Part shown: one piece after another, positions 1-13,231 of the stretch
How positions within the stretch are numbered: position 1 is the first letter of the stretch
Layout: every line of letters starts with the position of its first letter
Assembly (NCBI GenBank): GCA_013239625.1
Contig: MU053758.1
Coordinates: forward strand, 2,604,001-2,668,000
Source: Lama guanicoe
Lineage: Eukaryota
DNA: 64,000 nt
Reading direction: 5' to 3'
Notes under the pieces: model-generated
Databases searched by the model: none
The model's input: only the letters and a program-made list of their open reading frames with translations
What the model was told of the DNA's origin: nothing
Translations under genes and position numbers: made by a program

Positions 1-150
1 TCCTGACTGGGATCTTGGAGCAGAAAAAGCTCATTAGGTAAAAACTAAGGAAATCTGAATAAAGCATGGACTTTATTTAGTAGTAAGATATCAACATTTG
101 TTCATTAATTGTAAGAAATGTACCATAACTTAATGTTAAGATGTTACTAT
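1..150 (+). mobile_element. Old L1 (L1MC/L1MD-type) 3' fragment
   Basis: gggatcttggagcagaaaaag...aaaactaaggaaatctgaataaag; a related copy lies at about 33,880-34,250. Confidence 0.55.
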
Positions 151-299
151 TTAGAAAGAGTTGATGGATACTTTGAACAAACTACTACTACTCACTTGGT
201 AAAGTTTCTTCTCATAGGATTCAAAGTTGATCACACAGGATTTACAAGGATCAATGACTTATAACTGGAAACTAATAAGACACTTCTAAAAAATGTTTT

Positions 300-437
300 A
301 CTTATTTATTATTGTATTATTTATTTTATTTGGGGTGGGTGACTAAGTTTATTTATTTTTAGAGGAGGTACTGAGGATTGAATCCAGGACCTCATGCATG
401 CTAAGCATGCACTCTACAACTTGAGCTATACCTTCCC
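300..437 (-). mobile_element. tRNA-derived SINE (camelid-type)
   Basis: Reverse complement reads gggaaggtatagctcaagttgtagagtgcatgcttagcatgcatgaggtcctggattcaatcctcagtacctcc plus an A-rich tail; A and B boxes visible. Confidence 0.85.
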
Positions 438-1429
438 TAATAAGATACTTTTTAAATAATGTACTTTGACTAAAGTTGGAATGATAAACTTCCAGGGATT
501 CAAAGATAATGCCTAAATTTGTCTCCATTATCCTCACTTTAAGAAGGAGACAGTTGAGACTAAATCATGAATCTAGACACAGTAACTGACATGGGTGGAT
601 CTGACTCAAAGAATCACATTTCATGGCTTATGCTAGGTAGGTAAAATTAACAGTGACTAAAAACGAAATCACTGACAAAGGTTGCTCCCGGACTATCTGA
701 AATAGTCCAAGTACTGACTCGGCTCAAAGGAAAGAAAACTGAAAACTCTTGATCTCACCCCCAAATAATCATTCTGCACCCTGTCTGAACCTTGGGCTCT
801 TTACCCACCAGCCTACTCAAAACCACCACTGAGGGTGTCCCGCTGCTAAGAAACAGACAACACACAAGGCTTTCCAGGCCACTAAACTAGTAGCCAAGAA
901 GGAACCATGAAAGACACTGGCATGGTCTCTTTGGGAGCTCACCGATCCTGACTTACCATCCCACCCACCGGAAAAGCAGATTTGGGGATCTTGCCATTCA
1001 ATAGGGTCCGTTTCTTAAAAACAGGCTTACTTCACATCCCTAGATAAATTTGCATGTGGGGTCTCTCAACGTCGTCTGATAACTGAAGTTGAAAATGAAG
1101 ATGAAATGTTCCTCTAGAGTGGGAAGGCCTGGAGATGCCTTGTTGGCACCCTAGTGGTTCTTCGGGCTCTTTGCTTTGTGGGTAGAAGAATACAGATCGG
1201 TAAAAACTGGGTGTAAGGATTTGAAAAAGACTGTGCACAGTTTCAGAGTTCATGAGAAGAAAGGCATAGGAAATTCCCACCAGGGGCTCTCTGTTTCCGG
1301 TGAAGTGGAAATTCTCACAAGCTTCTCCCTCCTGAGGTCCTAATGAAATCGCATCCCCTACCTGCCCTATCCCATTGGGAGGACGGTGTTCCTCTTGTCG
1401 ATCTCTTCAGCTCCTAGACTAAGAAGGTG

Positions 1430-2300
1430 ACCGAGACGCGAAGCCTTGGGTTCTTTTACTCCTTTCTTCTCTCACAGACCTCTCAGAAAACTAAGCCGAA
1501 GAGCGCGCGGGGAAATGGCCACAGACGGGAGACACGAAGCACCAGCACGACGGCGGCCGCGTGCGAGCGAGGGGGTGGGGCGCTCGCCTCCCGCGCACCA
1601 GCCCAGGGCCCGGCCCTCTGGCCTCGCCCCGCCCCGGCCCCGCCCACGCGCCCTGCGCCCGGCCCGGGCGCGCGAGGCCCCCGAGCACGCACGCGCTCTC
1701 TTGCGCGTCGGCTCTCGCGGTAGCGAAGGACGGATAACGGGGCTGACCACTGGCGGTTTGCTCCGCTGTGCGGAGGAGAGATGGGGAGGCGTTGTGCCGG
1801 GGCTGAGGTAGAAAGGAGCCCGCCCCATCGACGCCTCCTGCGACACTAACCCCTGAACCGTGATGCGAGCGTGGGTCCTTCTCTCCGCGGTGCTTTGGTA
1901 CTTCGCAGGAGGTGGGGCTCCTCCCGCCCTGCCCCTAGGCCTCTCCCCTCGTCCCCATCCTGCCTCCTCTGCTTCGCCCCGCCCTGCCCTAGTCTGAGCC
2001 CTGGCTCCTCTTCTACGTAAAAAGTCAGTGGTTTCTTTCCTCCGCAGTTGGATGGCAGCGTTCTTCCATAATCACTAAGGAAGGCTTCGTTTATGGCAAA
2101 GTGGGACGCCCAGGTAATAAGGACCTCTTCACTCGCAGTGTATCCGAAGAGCCGGGGGTGCCGTGTTTCTGCTAAGGTTCTTCCCGCGGAGGGAGATGGA
2201 GCGAACGTTTATTGAACGCCTGCCGTGTGCTTGGCACTTCTCGATGGTTACATCGTTTCATCTTTAGAGCGACGCTACTGCACCTCAGTTGTATCTCCTT
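1430..2300. promoter_or_regulatory. CpG island / ZPBP2 promoter
   Basis: High CpG density with several GC boxes (ccccgccc) at about 1620-1665, spanning ZPBP2 exons 1-2. Confidence 0.85.
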
Positions 2301-5300
2301 GCCGAAAGCCGCACAGCTTGTAAGGAGCTAGGATTCAATCCACACCTCTTTCTCTGACACCACTTCTCTTCTAGGTGTCCCTGTTGCTTAGCAAAGTGCG
2401 AGGCCCACGCAGAGGAGTGCTTTCTGGGGCTGGAAGTCCCTCTGTTTGGAATGCCCTTAGCCCTTCCCTTACTAACCAGAAATCCTACACATCCTTTACG
2501 GCTCAGCTCTAATGTGAGTTGTCACTGTGTTGAAACTTTCTCACACTCCCCAAGGAAAATTGGTTACTAAGGCTAACTTTAGGTAACTTTAGGCCAGTTC
2601 ATAGCATTTGTCAGGTTTGGAATCTCTCCGTGTTTGGAAGGAGACACTCCACTTCCCTGCCACCACCAAATTGTAGGATGGTGTCTTCTTTATGTTCAGA
2701 GCCTGGCGTTCAGTAGGCTTTAAAACTGGTATCTTATGGGCCTGTGTTGTTTCCAAACACATTATTTCTGCTTCCATCAAATCCGAAGCAGAATAAGTTA
2801 CTGCCGAAAATCTTCCTTGTATGCCCCACATCGGCTTAATTATTGTTCCTAACAGAGGACATTTATAGTTAAATATCAGGTTTGCCTAGGGGATGACAAT
2901 GATCATCTTTAAAATAGTTTCGCAACCAAAAAGATCCTTTTCTGATCTTTGAAATGATTCCACTAACCTCAAAAGTTTTTATTTCTGAAGGTTCTGAATG
3001 TGTGCGTTAAAACCAACTTGTAAATGTGTTACGTACTTTTTCATAAATAACACAATAATATCACAGAAAGGAGAAAAAAATTGACTCCCTAGCAGTCCAG
3101 AGTTTTAAAAATCTACTATGAGAAGCAAAAAGGACTTCAGCATTCTAAGTGTTATAATTATATGCTGATTTTTAAGATAGTGAACTCCAAAAAGAACTAA
3201 TCAAAGCAACTTTGGGACAAAATGGTAGGAAGTGTATTTCTTAATTTAATTTTGCTATATAATGTAGTTATATATTGTTGTATTTTGTCACAGTGAAATT
3301 ATATGTAGAATTACATCACAATAGCCCAGTCCTTCTCTGTACTGATTTTAAACGTGCTCAAAAGGAAACAGTGGACCCCACCTATTTATGGATTGGGCCT
3401 AATGAAAAACCATTAACAGGTAAATCATTTGATTTTAATATCTCCTTTTTTAAATGACTTAAACACTTTTTAAAGAAATGCACTGTCACTTATTGGAATA
3501 AACAAATTGAAGTTTAATTTTAACTGCAGTTTCACTTACTCCATAGTTAAATCATATTTATATTATGGTCTTACTTTCTCCTTATGCAAAAACTAAAGCA
3601 GTACTTTTTGTACGTTAGTCCCCAGAGCTGTATTAGTTCAGAAGTTTTTATAAAACCTAAAATTTATCCTTGTGATAAATGTGATAAAAGCACCTGCGGT
3701 AGGAGAGGAGGTAATTAATATATAATTTGTCATGGTTAGAAGGGTTTCTTGGAATAGAAGCATTATTACTTCCTGTCTTAGGTGAAAAAATTGCATAGTG
3801 TCACAAAGCAGTGTAATCTCCCTTACTGAATTACTGGCATAAATCCATCAAAATTAGATGCCAAGAAATAAATTAAAGAAAACCAAAATATATTTCAAAA
3901 GTGTACTTATCTCCTGTAGTTTTCGATTGAGCAATACCACAGAATTAAGATTTAGTTGAAATCATGAAGTTAAAATAGCCCATTAATTTTTAATTTTTTG
4001 TATTTATTTGTAACCCCAAGTTTACTAAATAATGTGTGAATTGTTACATGTTAAATAACCAAGTAATTTACTACTTCTGTTTAGGAACTAGTAGAATAAA
4101 TATAACTAAAACAGGAAAGCTGCTGGTAAAAGACTTTCTGGAGCCTTTGTCCGGACTTTACACATGCACTCTTTCTTATAAGATTGTCAAAGCAGAAACC
4201 CAAGAAGAAAAGACAGTAAAGCAGAGATACGACTTTATGCTTTTTGGTAAGAATACAGGCGCAGTTTAACTTATACATTTAGTTTGGGTCAGAATTAAGT
4301 ATATGGTTTCTTCATTTAGTGAAAATGAGTCTGTTATGTATAATCATTATGACTTACAGAGTTTTGGGGCTGTATTTGACTAGGAGAACTCTAAAATTGA
4401 CATCAAAATAGTGTGTCCTAAATAATCCTCTTTCAGCGTCCCACTTCCCACTGTCTGCGTATGCAGGCACAATCTATTTTATCACAATATCGCCAGGTAA
4501 TTTAAAAATTGATGCTCAAATCTATAAAAGCAAATTAATGATTCTTTTCACTGGACTGTGCTGATAGCAGTGACACTTCTATAAATGAAGACCCTCCCTA
4601 ACAAAATCTTATTTTTTTCTTGACACTTGTAACATATATATAGCCAGCCCACAAAAGCCATATCTTCACTTGTATGAAGTAGATAATATATTAGATGAAA
4701 ATAACCTTTTTTCATTAAAGTTACTAGTTTTTTATCTTTTTGTGAGGACAAACTGTTAAAATATTTTATTAGATAAAGTAAGTTTCTGTGCTGGTTTGCA
4801 AGATAGTGGGATTTAATATTACCTGTTATTTGAAAAGTAATGCTAGGCATGATTGTTTTTTATTCTTATCTTTTTTTAAAGCCTATCGGGAACCTGATTA
4901 TGCATATCAGATAGCTGTACGTTTTACCACAAAATCTTGTGTAGGAAAATATAATGATCTGCTTTTTAAAGTGCTGAAGAAAATCTTGAATAATTTAATT
5001 TCTGATTTGTCATGCCATATCATAGAACCATCATATAAATGCCATTTTGTTAAAATTCCAAAACATGGCCTCACTCATGAGCTGTTTATAGCCTTTCAAG
5101 GTAAAATTTTTTTCATGTTTCTTTAATTTTATGAGTTTAAATCTTGATTACAGAATTAATTACCATATTAATATAAGATAGCTTACAAATAGTAGGCCTT
5201 AAATGTTTGTTAAGAACTAAAGTGTACGGTTGGTCTTAGCCTGGTTGTGATTTTAAAAATTAACACATTAATTATTTACCTTCATATTTACCTATGATAT

Positions 5301-7699
5301 TTGTTGCTTTTTAGAAGTGAATTTCATTTTATAAATATGGCCTTTAAGCAGCTAATATTTAACTTATAACTTCTTATAGAATTTTAAATTGTATTTTTGA
5401 GAACTTAGCAAAAGGGAGAAACCAAACTAAATTTATTTCTATTTATTTAATTTATTTTTTTAATGAAGTATAGTCAATTTACAATGTGTTGATTTCTGGT
5501 ATACAGCATAGTGATTCATTTATATATATATATAAAGATGTTTTGTTTTGGAATAGGATATCTGCAATATTATATAGCTCCCCAGGTTAATATTATATAT
5601 AATATATACACACACACATACACTTTTCATATTCTTGTTCATTATGGGCCATTACAAGGCACTGAATATAGTTCCCTGTGCTATATACAGTAGGACCTTA
5701 TATCTATTCACTCTAAAGCCTTGTAGTTACCTCCATTAGCCCCCAGATGGAGTGAAATCATAATGTATAAATGATTCAAATTGTGAACCTTTCCTTTATT
5801 ACTAGAATGACACAGATTAAACACATGCACACATGCATACTGAATTCAGCATTTGGAGCTTTACTGGAATGTTTGTAACTTCTTAGAATCCTTTTGTGAA
5901 GATGTTGTTTTTCCCCCTCCAGTTAATCCTTTTGCACCGAGGTGGAAAGGTACATGCAATGAATCTGTTGACTGTGAAGATACCACTAATCATAATATCC
6001 TCCAGGTAAGAATTTCAGTGTAAGGGGAAAGTATTTGAATAGTCAGTAAAGCTATTTAAAAACTTAAAATATGAAGTCTTACTGATTTTTGGCTTCATTT
6101 CAGTTTTATAAACAGATTCTGAGCATCTTGGCTCTTCTGAAGATGTTTTGTTTTGGAATAGGTTATCTGGTTAATATGATGTATTTTCCCTATGACAGAA
6201 GGATGGTTCACTGGTCTTTGTTCTCCAAATGGTAACTAAGCAGCAGCTTGAAGAACAACCTTACAATCATGTCATCCCAGGCTAAGCCAGTAGTTCTTCC
6301 AGAATTGTATCTGTACTGATGATAATACCTGCTCTCTCCTTTACCTCCTCAGAGGCTAAGGACATAGTCTAAAAATTTCCTTCACTTTCCTAGTCTAGTC
6401 CCTGAGCCTACACCCATAATATTATGCATGGTTTATGGGAATCATTTAGTTATTACTAGTTAATTATTTAAACTTTATGCTCAAAAGATAAAATTTACAT
6501 CATTCGTCTGTAATGCTGATTAGAGAAAAGTTTTGGTTTCCTTGGCTCTTTGGAATTAGAAGTAAGGAACTCCCAGTTATCTACATATGGAATAGACATG
6601 CTGCAAATATTTCAAAACAAGTGTTTTTAACCTCAATTTAAGTTTTCTTAACCTTTGTACATATAAATTGACAATAATTGATAAAGTCTAGGCTAGACTA
6701 ATTTTTAATATTAACACACATCATTTCAGGAATTCTTCTGCTGTGTAAAGCATGGCATGCTTATACTGCATTTCATTGCCTCTGATACAAGAGGAGAAAT
6801 TTGGTCCACAGTTTAGTAATTGTACTTCTCTCTGGTATTTTTCAATCTTAGGCAAGAAATCGAATAGAAGAATTTTTCCGGCGCCAAGCATATATTTTCA
6901 AGCATGACTTTAAGAAAACTCTACCAGCTATGCATTTTGTGGACCACAGTTTTCATATAATGCGTATGGATAGCTGTCGTCCAGGCTTTGGGAAAAACGA
7001 AGGTCTGCACAGCAATTGCGCTAGTTGTTGCGGTAATTATAAAATATAAATATCTAAATATTTAGGTTTTATAGTCAGAATTCACTTGGCATAACTGATT
7101 TGAATCTTTATAGCGATTCTCTTCCCAAAAAACATACTTAGTTAAAGGGAAGTAAAAATTCAAAGTCCAGATTTCTAAATATAATTATCTTCATGTATAT
7201 TAATTCTGCCTAATGTAGTCTTTTGTATTACAAAACATTTCTGTGGTATTCTGGCTTAAGCTACTATACTGTGAAAGACAGCAAAATGTTCCTACCTAGA
7301 AACTGGAAATAGGAACTAGAAAATGAGAAATAGGAGCTCATAAATGGAGCACTGCAGAAGATACTGTAAAATGCTGATACTAAAGGAAAAAATAGCTAAG
7401 ATTCTAACTTCCTCCTACTTTTAAGATCATCAGATAACAATGTTTAAAACTCATGAATAATCTTCCATTTGTTAATTGGCTGAACATTACTCAGTGTAAC
7501 ATAGGTATAGGGATGGTGTGACATTGACGGCAGTTGGTATTCTTGGTATAAAATACCTCTAAGTGAAGTTATAATAATCTATTCCATTGTGTTTTCCTCT
7601 GCAGTGGTTTGTAGTCCTGGGACGTTTAGTCCTGATGTCGATGTTACATGTCAGACTTGTGTTTCCACGCGTATCTACGGAGCTAAAACTTGCCCATAA
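1863..7699 (+). CDS. ZPBP2: Zona pellucida-binding protein 2, 8 coding exons, 326 aa, intact
   Basis: Exons 1863-1911, 2048-2113, 3294-3419, 4085-4246, 4882-5100, 5923-6005, 6852-7032, 7605-7699. All introns GT-AG with compatible phases, 981 nt total. Translation [17 protein letters not shown]...[15 protein letters not shown]...[12 protein letters not shown]...[16 protein letters not shown]...AYREPDY...[10 protein letters not shown]...[10 protein letters not shown]...YGAKTCP* matches ZPBP2 (signal peptide, Ig-like domain, Cys-rich C-terminus). Confidence 0.96.
5455..5700 (-). mobile_element. L1 3'-end fragment in ZPBP2 intron 5
   Basis: aattgaagtatagt...acaatgt...ctggtatacagcatagtgattc...gaatatagttccctgtgctatatacagtagg pattern, typical of artiodactyl L1 3' UTR. 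Confidence 0.65.
5722..5755 (+). promoter_or_regulatory. CTCF-like motif in ZPBP2 intron 5
   Basis: tgtagt...tagcccccagatggagtga resembles the CTCF core (CCASYAGRKGGC) with an upstream module. Confidence 0.55.
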
Positions 7700-8032
7700 A
7701 CTTCAAAAATCGCAATGTGAAGACTAAAGGTGAAAGCACTGTTCTTGCTTGTGGAGGTGGGAGACATAAGATGACTTGTTCACATCCCAGAGCGTCACAG
7801 ATAGTTCCATTAAGTAAGATCAGTAAGATGATAACATTGGAAAACATACATTTTAGAAATCTTAAAAAGATAGTCGACATGGCATTTCTAAGAAGGCATT
7901 TAATCTAATATCACCAGCATGCAAAGGAAAGTGTAAGTATCAGTGGATGATTTTTAATGAAATATGTTTTGTTGTTTACAAACAGTCTGTACCTAAGACT
8001 ATATAAAGGTCAAGAGTAGCAAAATATAATGT

Positions 8033-8038
8033 AATAAA
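8033..8038 (+). terminator. Probable ZPBP2 polyadenylation signal
   Basis: AATAAA about 335 nt after the stop codon, followed by T/GT-rich sequence. Confidence 0.65.
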
Positions 8039-8164
8039 AACTTTATACTTCCCATATGTTATTTTGTTTGATATCACTCTTGTATGATAAAAAGGCATAT
8101 ATATTACTCTTATAATTAGAACCAAAAAGTTATTTATTTTGGTCTCTTTGCTTTTAGATTGTTT

Positions 8165-11100
8165 TTAGAAAAATAGACTTTATTTTTTAGTATAGTTTTA
8201 GGTTTATAGAATAATCTAGCAGATATTACATGGAGTTCCATATACCCACTCCAGCCCATGCCCTCACGCCTTCCTAGTTTCCTCTATTATTAAAGTCTTA
8301 CATTAGTGTGATACATTTGTTACAATTAATGAACCAACGTTGATATATTATCAGCTATAGCTCATAGTTTATATTAAGGTTCATTATTTGTATGGTATAG
8401 TTCTGTGAGTTTTGACAGATGCATAATGACCTGTGTCCATCCTTATGGTTTCATACAGAACAGTTTCACCACCGTTATTTTAAGCCCTTCACCTGTTCAT
8501 CTCTCTCACTCATCCCAGAGCCCTTGACAACCACTAATTTTTTACTGTCTCTGTAGTTTTGCCTTTTCCAAAATGTCATATACTTGGAATTGTACAGCAT
8601 ATAGACTTTCCAGACTGGCTTCTTTCACTTAGCAATATATGTTTAAGGTTCCTCCTTATATCTTTGTGACTTGATAGATCTTTTTTAATTACTGGATAAT
8701 ATTCCATCATATGGGTATATAAAGGACATCTTGATTGCTTACAGTTTTTGGTGATTATGAATAAAGCTGATAGAAATATTTGTGTGCGGGTTTTTGTACG
8801 GACGTAAGTTTTCAGGTCAATTGCATACATACCCAGGAGCATGATTGCTAGATGTATGGTAAGATTATGTTTAGTTTTATAAGAAACTGCCAAACTGTTC
8901 CTACCTTTTTGCACTCCCACCAGCAATGGATATGTTTCTTGTTGCTCCTCATCCGCACCAAGTTTTGGTATTTACAGTTTGTTGGATTTTGGCCATTCTA
9001 ATAGGTATATAGTGATATTTCATTGTTGTTTTAATTTGAAATTCCTTAGTGACATCTGATTCTGAACATCTTTTCACGTGTTTATTTGTCATCTGTATAT
9101 CTTCTCTGGTGAGATGTCTGTTCAAATCTTTCTCCATTTTTTAATTGAATTGTTTATTCTTACTGTTGAGTTCTAAGAGTTCTTTGTATATTTTAGATAC
9201 AAGTTCTGTATCAGATATGTGTTTTGCAAATATTTTCTCCCATTTTGTCCCCTGTCTCTTCATTCTTCTAACAATGTCTTTCACTGAAGAGAAGTTTTTA
9301 ATTTTAGTAAAATCCAATTTATCAAGTTTTACTTTCATGAATCATGCTTTTGGTATCATACCTAAAAACTCATCACCAAACCCAAAGTCATCTAGATTTG
9401 CTCCTGTTATAGTCTAGCAGTTAGTACAGTTTCATGTTTTACTTTTAATCTAAGATGGATTAGTTTTTGTGAAAAGTATAAGTTTTATGTCCAGATTCTT
9501 TGTTTTGCTTTTTGCATATGGATGTCCAGTTCCAGCACCGTCTGCTCAAAAGACTGTCCTACCTCCATGGAATTTGCCTTTGCTCCTTTGTCAAAGATCA
9601 GTTGACTATGTTTGTGTGGGACTACGTCTGGGTTCTCTATTCTGCTCCATTTATTAATTCATCTATTCTTTCATCAATACCACGCTGTCTTGATTACTGT
9701 GTAGTAAGTCTTAAATTTGGTTAGTGTCAGTCCGCTGTTTGTCTTCAGTATTGTATTAATTATCCTGGATCTTTTGCCTTTTTATATACACTTTAGAATT
9801 AAGTTTGTTGATAACCACAAAATAGCTTGCTGGAAGTTTGGTTGGAATTGCATTGAATCTATAGGTCAAGCTGAGGAAAATTGACATCTTAACGATTTTG
9901 AGTTTTCCTGTCCAGGAACATGGAATATCTCTCTGTTTATTTAGGTTTTCTTTGATTTATTTTATCAGAGATTTTTCATTTTCCTCATATAGATCCTGTA
10001 CATATTTTCTTAGATTTATACCTAAATACTTAATTTTTTGGTGCCAATGTAAACGGTCTTATATTTTTAATTTCAAATTCCAAAGTATTTATTGCTGGTG
10101 TTTAAGAAGGCAGTTAACTTTTGTATATTATTAGCCTTGTAGCCTGTGATCTCGCTATAATCACTTATTAATTCCAGAAAGTTTTTTGTCAATACTTTTG
10201 GATTTTCTACTTAGATAGTCATGTTATCTCCAAACAAAACAGTTTTATTTCTTCCTTCCCAATCTTTTTATCTTTTATTTCCTTATCTCTTTTATTGCAT
10301 TAGCTAGAACTTCCAGTATGATGTTGAATGGGAATGGTGAGAGAGCACACATCCTTGTCTTGTTCCTGATCTTAGACAGAAAGCATTCAGATTTTTACTA
10401 TAGCATGTGATGTTAGCTATAGTTGTCTTTTTTTTTAAATAGATATTCTTTGTTAAGTCAAGGAGGTTCTCCTCTATTCCTACTTTGCTGAGAGTTTTTA
10501 TCATGAATCAGGTATTGGATTTTGCCAAATGCTTTTCCTGCATTTATTAATGTGATCATATGATTTTTTTCATCTTTAGTCTGTTAATGTGATGGATTAC
10601 ATTAATTGATTTTCCAGTGTTGAACCATCCTTTTTTTTTTACACTTTAACATTTTTTATTGATTTATAATCATTTTACAATGTTGTGTCAAATTCCAGTG
10701 AGTGTTCAGCACAATTTTTCAGTCATTCATGGACATATACACACTCATTGTCACATTTTTTCTCTGTGAGTTATCATAACATTTTGTGTATATTTCCCTG
10801 TGCTATACAGTGTAATCTTGTTTATCTGTTCTAAAATTTTGAAATCCCAGTCTATCCCTTCCCACCCTCCACCCCCCTGGTAACCACAAGTCTGATTCTC
10901 TGTCTGTGAGTCTATTTCTGTCCTGTATTTATGCTTTGTTTTTGTTTGTTTGTTTTTGTTTTTGTTTTTGTTTTTTAGATTCCACATATGAGCGATCTCA
11001 TATGGTATTTTTCTTTCTCTTTCTGGCTTACTTCACTTAGAATGACATTCTCCAGGAGCATCCATGTTGCTGCAAATGGCATTATGTTGTCGGTTTTTAT

Positions 11101-13200
11101 GGCTGAGTAGTATTCCATTGTATAAATATACCACATCTTCTTTATCCAGTCACCTGTTGATGGACATTTAGGCTGTTTCCATGTTTTGGCTATTGTAAAT
11201 AGTGCTGCTATGAACATTGGGGTGCAGGTGTCATCCTGAAGTAGATTTCCTTCTGGATACAAGCCCAGGAGTGGGATTCCTGGGTCATATGGTAAGTCTA
11301 TTCCTAGTCTTTTGAGGAATCTCCACACTGTTTTCCATAGTGGCTGCACCAAACTGCATTCCCACCAGCAGTGTAGGAGGGTTCCCCTTTCTCCACAGCC
11401 TCTCCAGCATTTGTCATTTTTGGATTTTTGAATGACGGCCATTCTGACTGGTGTGAGGTGATACCTCATTGTAGTTTTGATTTGCATTTCTCTGATAATT
11501 AGTGATATTGAACATTTTTTCATGTGCTTTTTGATCATTTGTATGTCTTCCTTGGAGAATTGCTTGTTTAGGTCTTCTGCCCATTTTTGGATTGGGTTGT
11601 TTATTTTTTTCTTATTGAGTCGTATGAGCTGCTTATATATTTTGGAGATCAAGCCTTTGTCGGTTTCACTTGCAAAAATTTTCTCCCATTCCGTAGGTTT
11701 TCTTCTTGTTTTATTTCTGGTTTCCTTTGCTCTGCAGAAGCTTGTAAGTTTCATTAGGTCCCATTTGTTTATTCTTGCTTTTATTTCTTCTAGGAGAAAA
11801 TTTTTGAAATGTATGTCAGATAATGTTTTGCCTATGTTTTCCTCTAGGAGGTTTATTGTATCTTGTCTTATGTTTAAGTCTTTAATCCATTTTGAGTTGA
11901 TTTTTGTATATGGTGTAAGGGTGTGTTCTAGCTTCATTGTTTTACATGCTGCTGTCCAGTTTTCCCAACACCATTTGCTGAAGAGACTGTCTTTATTCCA
12001 TTGTATATTCTTGCCTCCTTTGTCGAAGATGAGTTGACCAAAAGTTTGTGGGTTCATTTCTGGGCTCTCTATTCTGTTCCATTGGTCTATATGTCTGTTT
12101 TGGTACCAATACCATGCTGTCTTGATGACTGTAGCTCTATAGTATTGTCTGAAGTCTGGGAGAGTTATTCCTCCAGCCTCTTTCTTTCTCTTCAGTAATG
12201 CTTTAGCAATTCTAGGTCTTTGATGGTTCCATATAAATTTTATTATGATTTGTTCTAGTTCTGTGAAATATGTCCTGGGTAATTGGATAGGGATTGCATT
12301 AAATCTGTAGATTGCCTTGGGCAGTGTGACCATTTTAACAATATTGATTCTTCCAATCCAAGAGCATGGAATATCTTTCCATTTTTTAAAGTCTTCTTTA
12401 ATTTCCTTCATCAGTGGTTTATAGTTTTCTGTGTATAATTCTTTCACCTCCTTGGTTAGATTTATTCCCAGATATTTTATTACTTTGGGTGCTATTTTAA
12501 AGGGGATTGTTTCTTTACTTTCTTTTTCTGTTGATTTATTGTTAGTGTAAAGAAATGCAACTGATTTTTGAACATTAATTTTGTAACCTGTTACCTTGCT
12601 GAATTCTTCAATCAGCTCTAGCAGCTTTTGTGTGGACCTTTTAGGGTTTTCTATATATAGTAACATGTTGTCAGCATATAATGACACTTTTACCTCTTCT
12701 TTTCCAATTTGGATCCCTTTTATTTCTTTCTCTTGCCTGATTGCTGTGGCTAGGACTTCCAGGACTATGTTGAATAGGAGTGGTGATAGTGGGCATCCTT
12801 GTCTTGTCCCAGATTTTAGTGGGAAGCTTTTGAGTTTTTCACCGTTGAGAACTATGCTGGCTGTAGGTTTGTCATATATAGCTTTTATTATGTTGAGATA
12901 TGTTCCCTCTATACCCACTTTGGCGAGAGTTTTTATCATAAATGGGTGTTGAATTTTATCAAATGCTTTTTCTGCATCGATTGAGATGATCATGTGGTTT
13001 TTGTCCTTTCTCTTGTTGATGTTGAACCATCCTTATGTATTCAGAATAAATCCTTTTAGTTTTAGTGTATAGTTATTTTTACACATTGTTGGATTTGATT
13101 TGCTAAAATTCTGTTGAGGATTTTTGCATTTATTTTATGAGACATATTAATCTGTAGTTTTCCTTTCTTATGATATCATTATCTGCTTTTAGTATTAGGG
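8165..13200 (-). mobile_element. Older degraded L1 (3' UTR and ORF2 remnants), interrupted by a younger L1
   Basis: Fragmented ORF2-like peptides on the minus strand (EKDLNRHLTREDIQM, KLDKLDFTKIKNF, MIKTLSKVGIEEN) at 8576-10504; the element resumes after 13,020. Confidence 0.85.
10631..13020 (-). mobile_element. Young 5'-truncated L1 with open ORF2 C-terminal half (RT and Cys-rich domain)
   Basis: 672-aa ORF 10975-12993 ([17 protein letters not shown]...[18 protein letters not shown]...YADN...CWRGCGE...HCWWEC). Poly-A tail seen as T-run 10631-10640. Target-site duplication tgttgaaccatcc(tt) at 10618 and 13020. Confidence 0.95.
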
Positions 13201-13231
13201 TTATTTAGTGTTAGTATTAACATTGTAGGTA

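Noticed and set aside
1..1430. IKZF3 first exon, expected on the minus strand by synteny
   Set aside because: No IKZF3 coding sequence was recognisable; it probably lies left of the window. A donor-like site at about 1030 is not enough evidence.
1427..1846. Overlapping Pro/Arg/Ala-rich ORFs on both strands
   Set aside because: Expected by chance in a GC-rich CpG island; no recognisable protein similarity. The real ZPBP2 start is at 1863.
7697..7730. ZPBP2 ends about 11 codons earlier than the recalled human C-terminus
   Set aside because: All conserved cysteines are present and the ORF is otherwise intact; most likely normal C-terminal length variation, not a disabling lesion.
11477..12952. 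Plus-strand ORFs up to 186 aa
   Set aside because: Antisense shadows of L1 ORF2.
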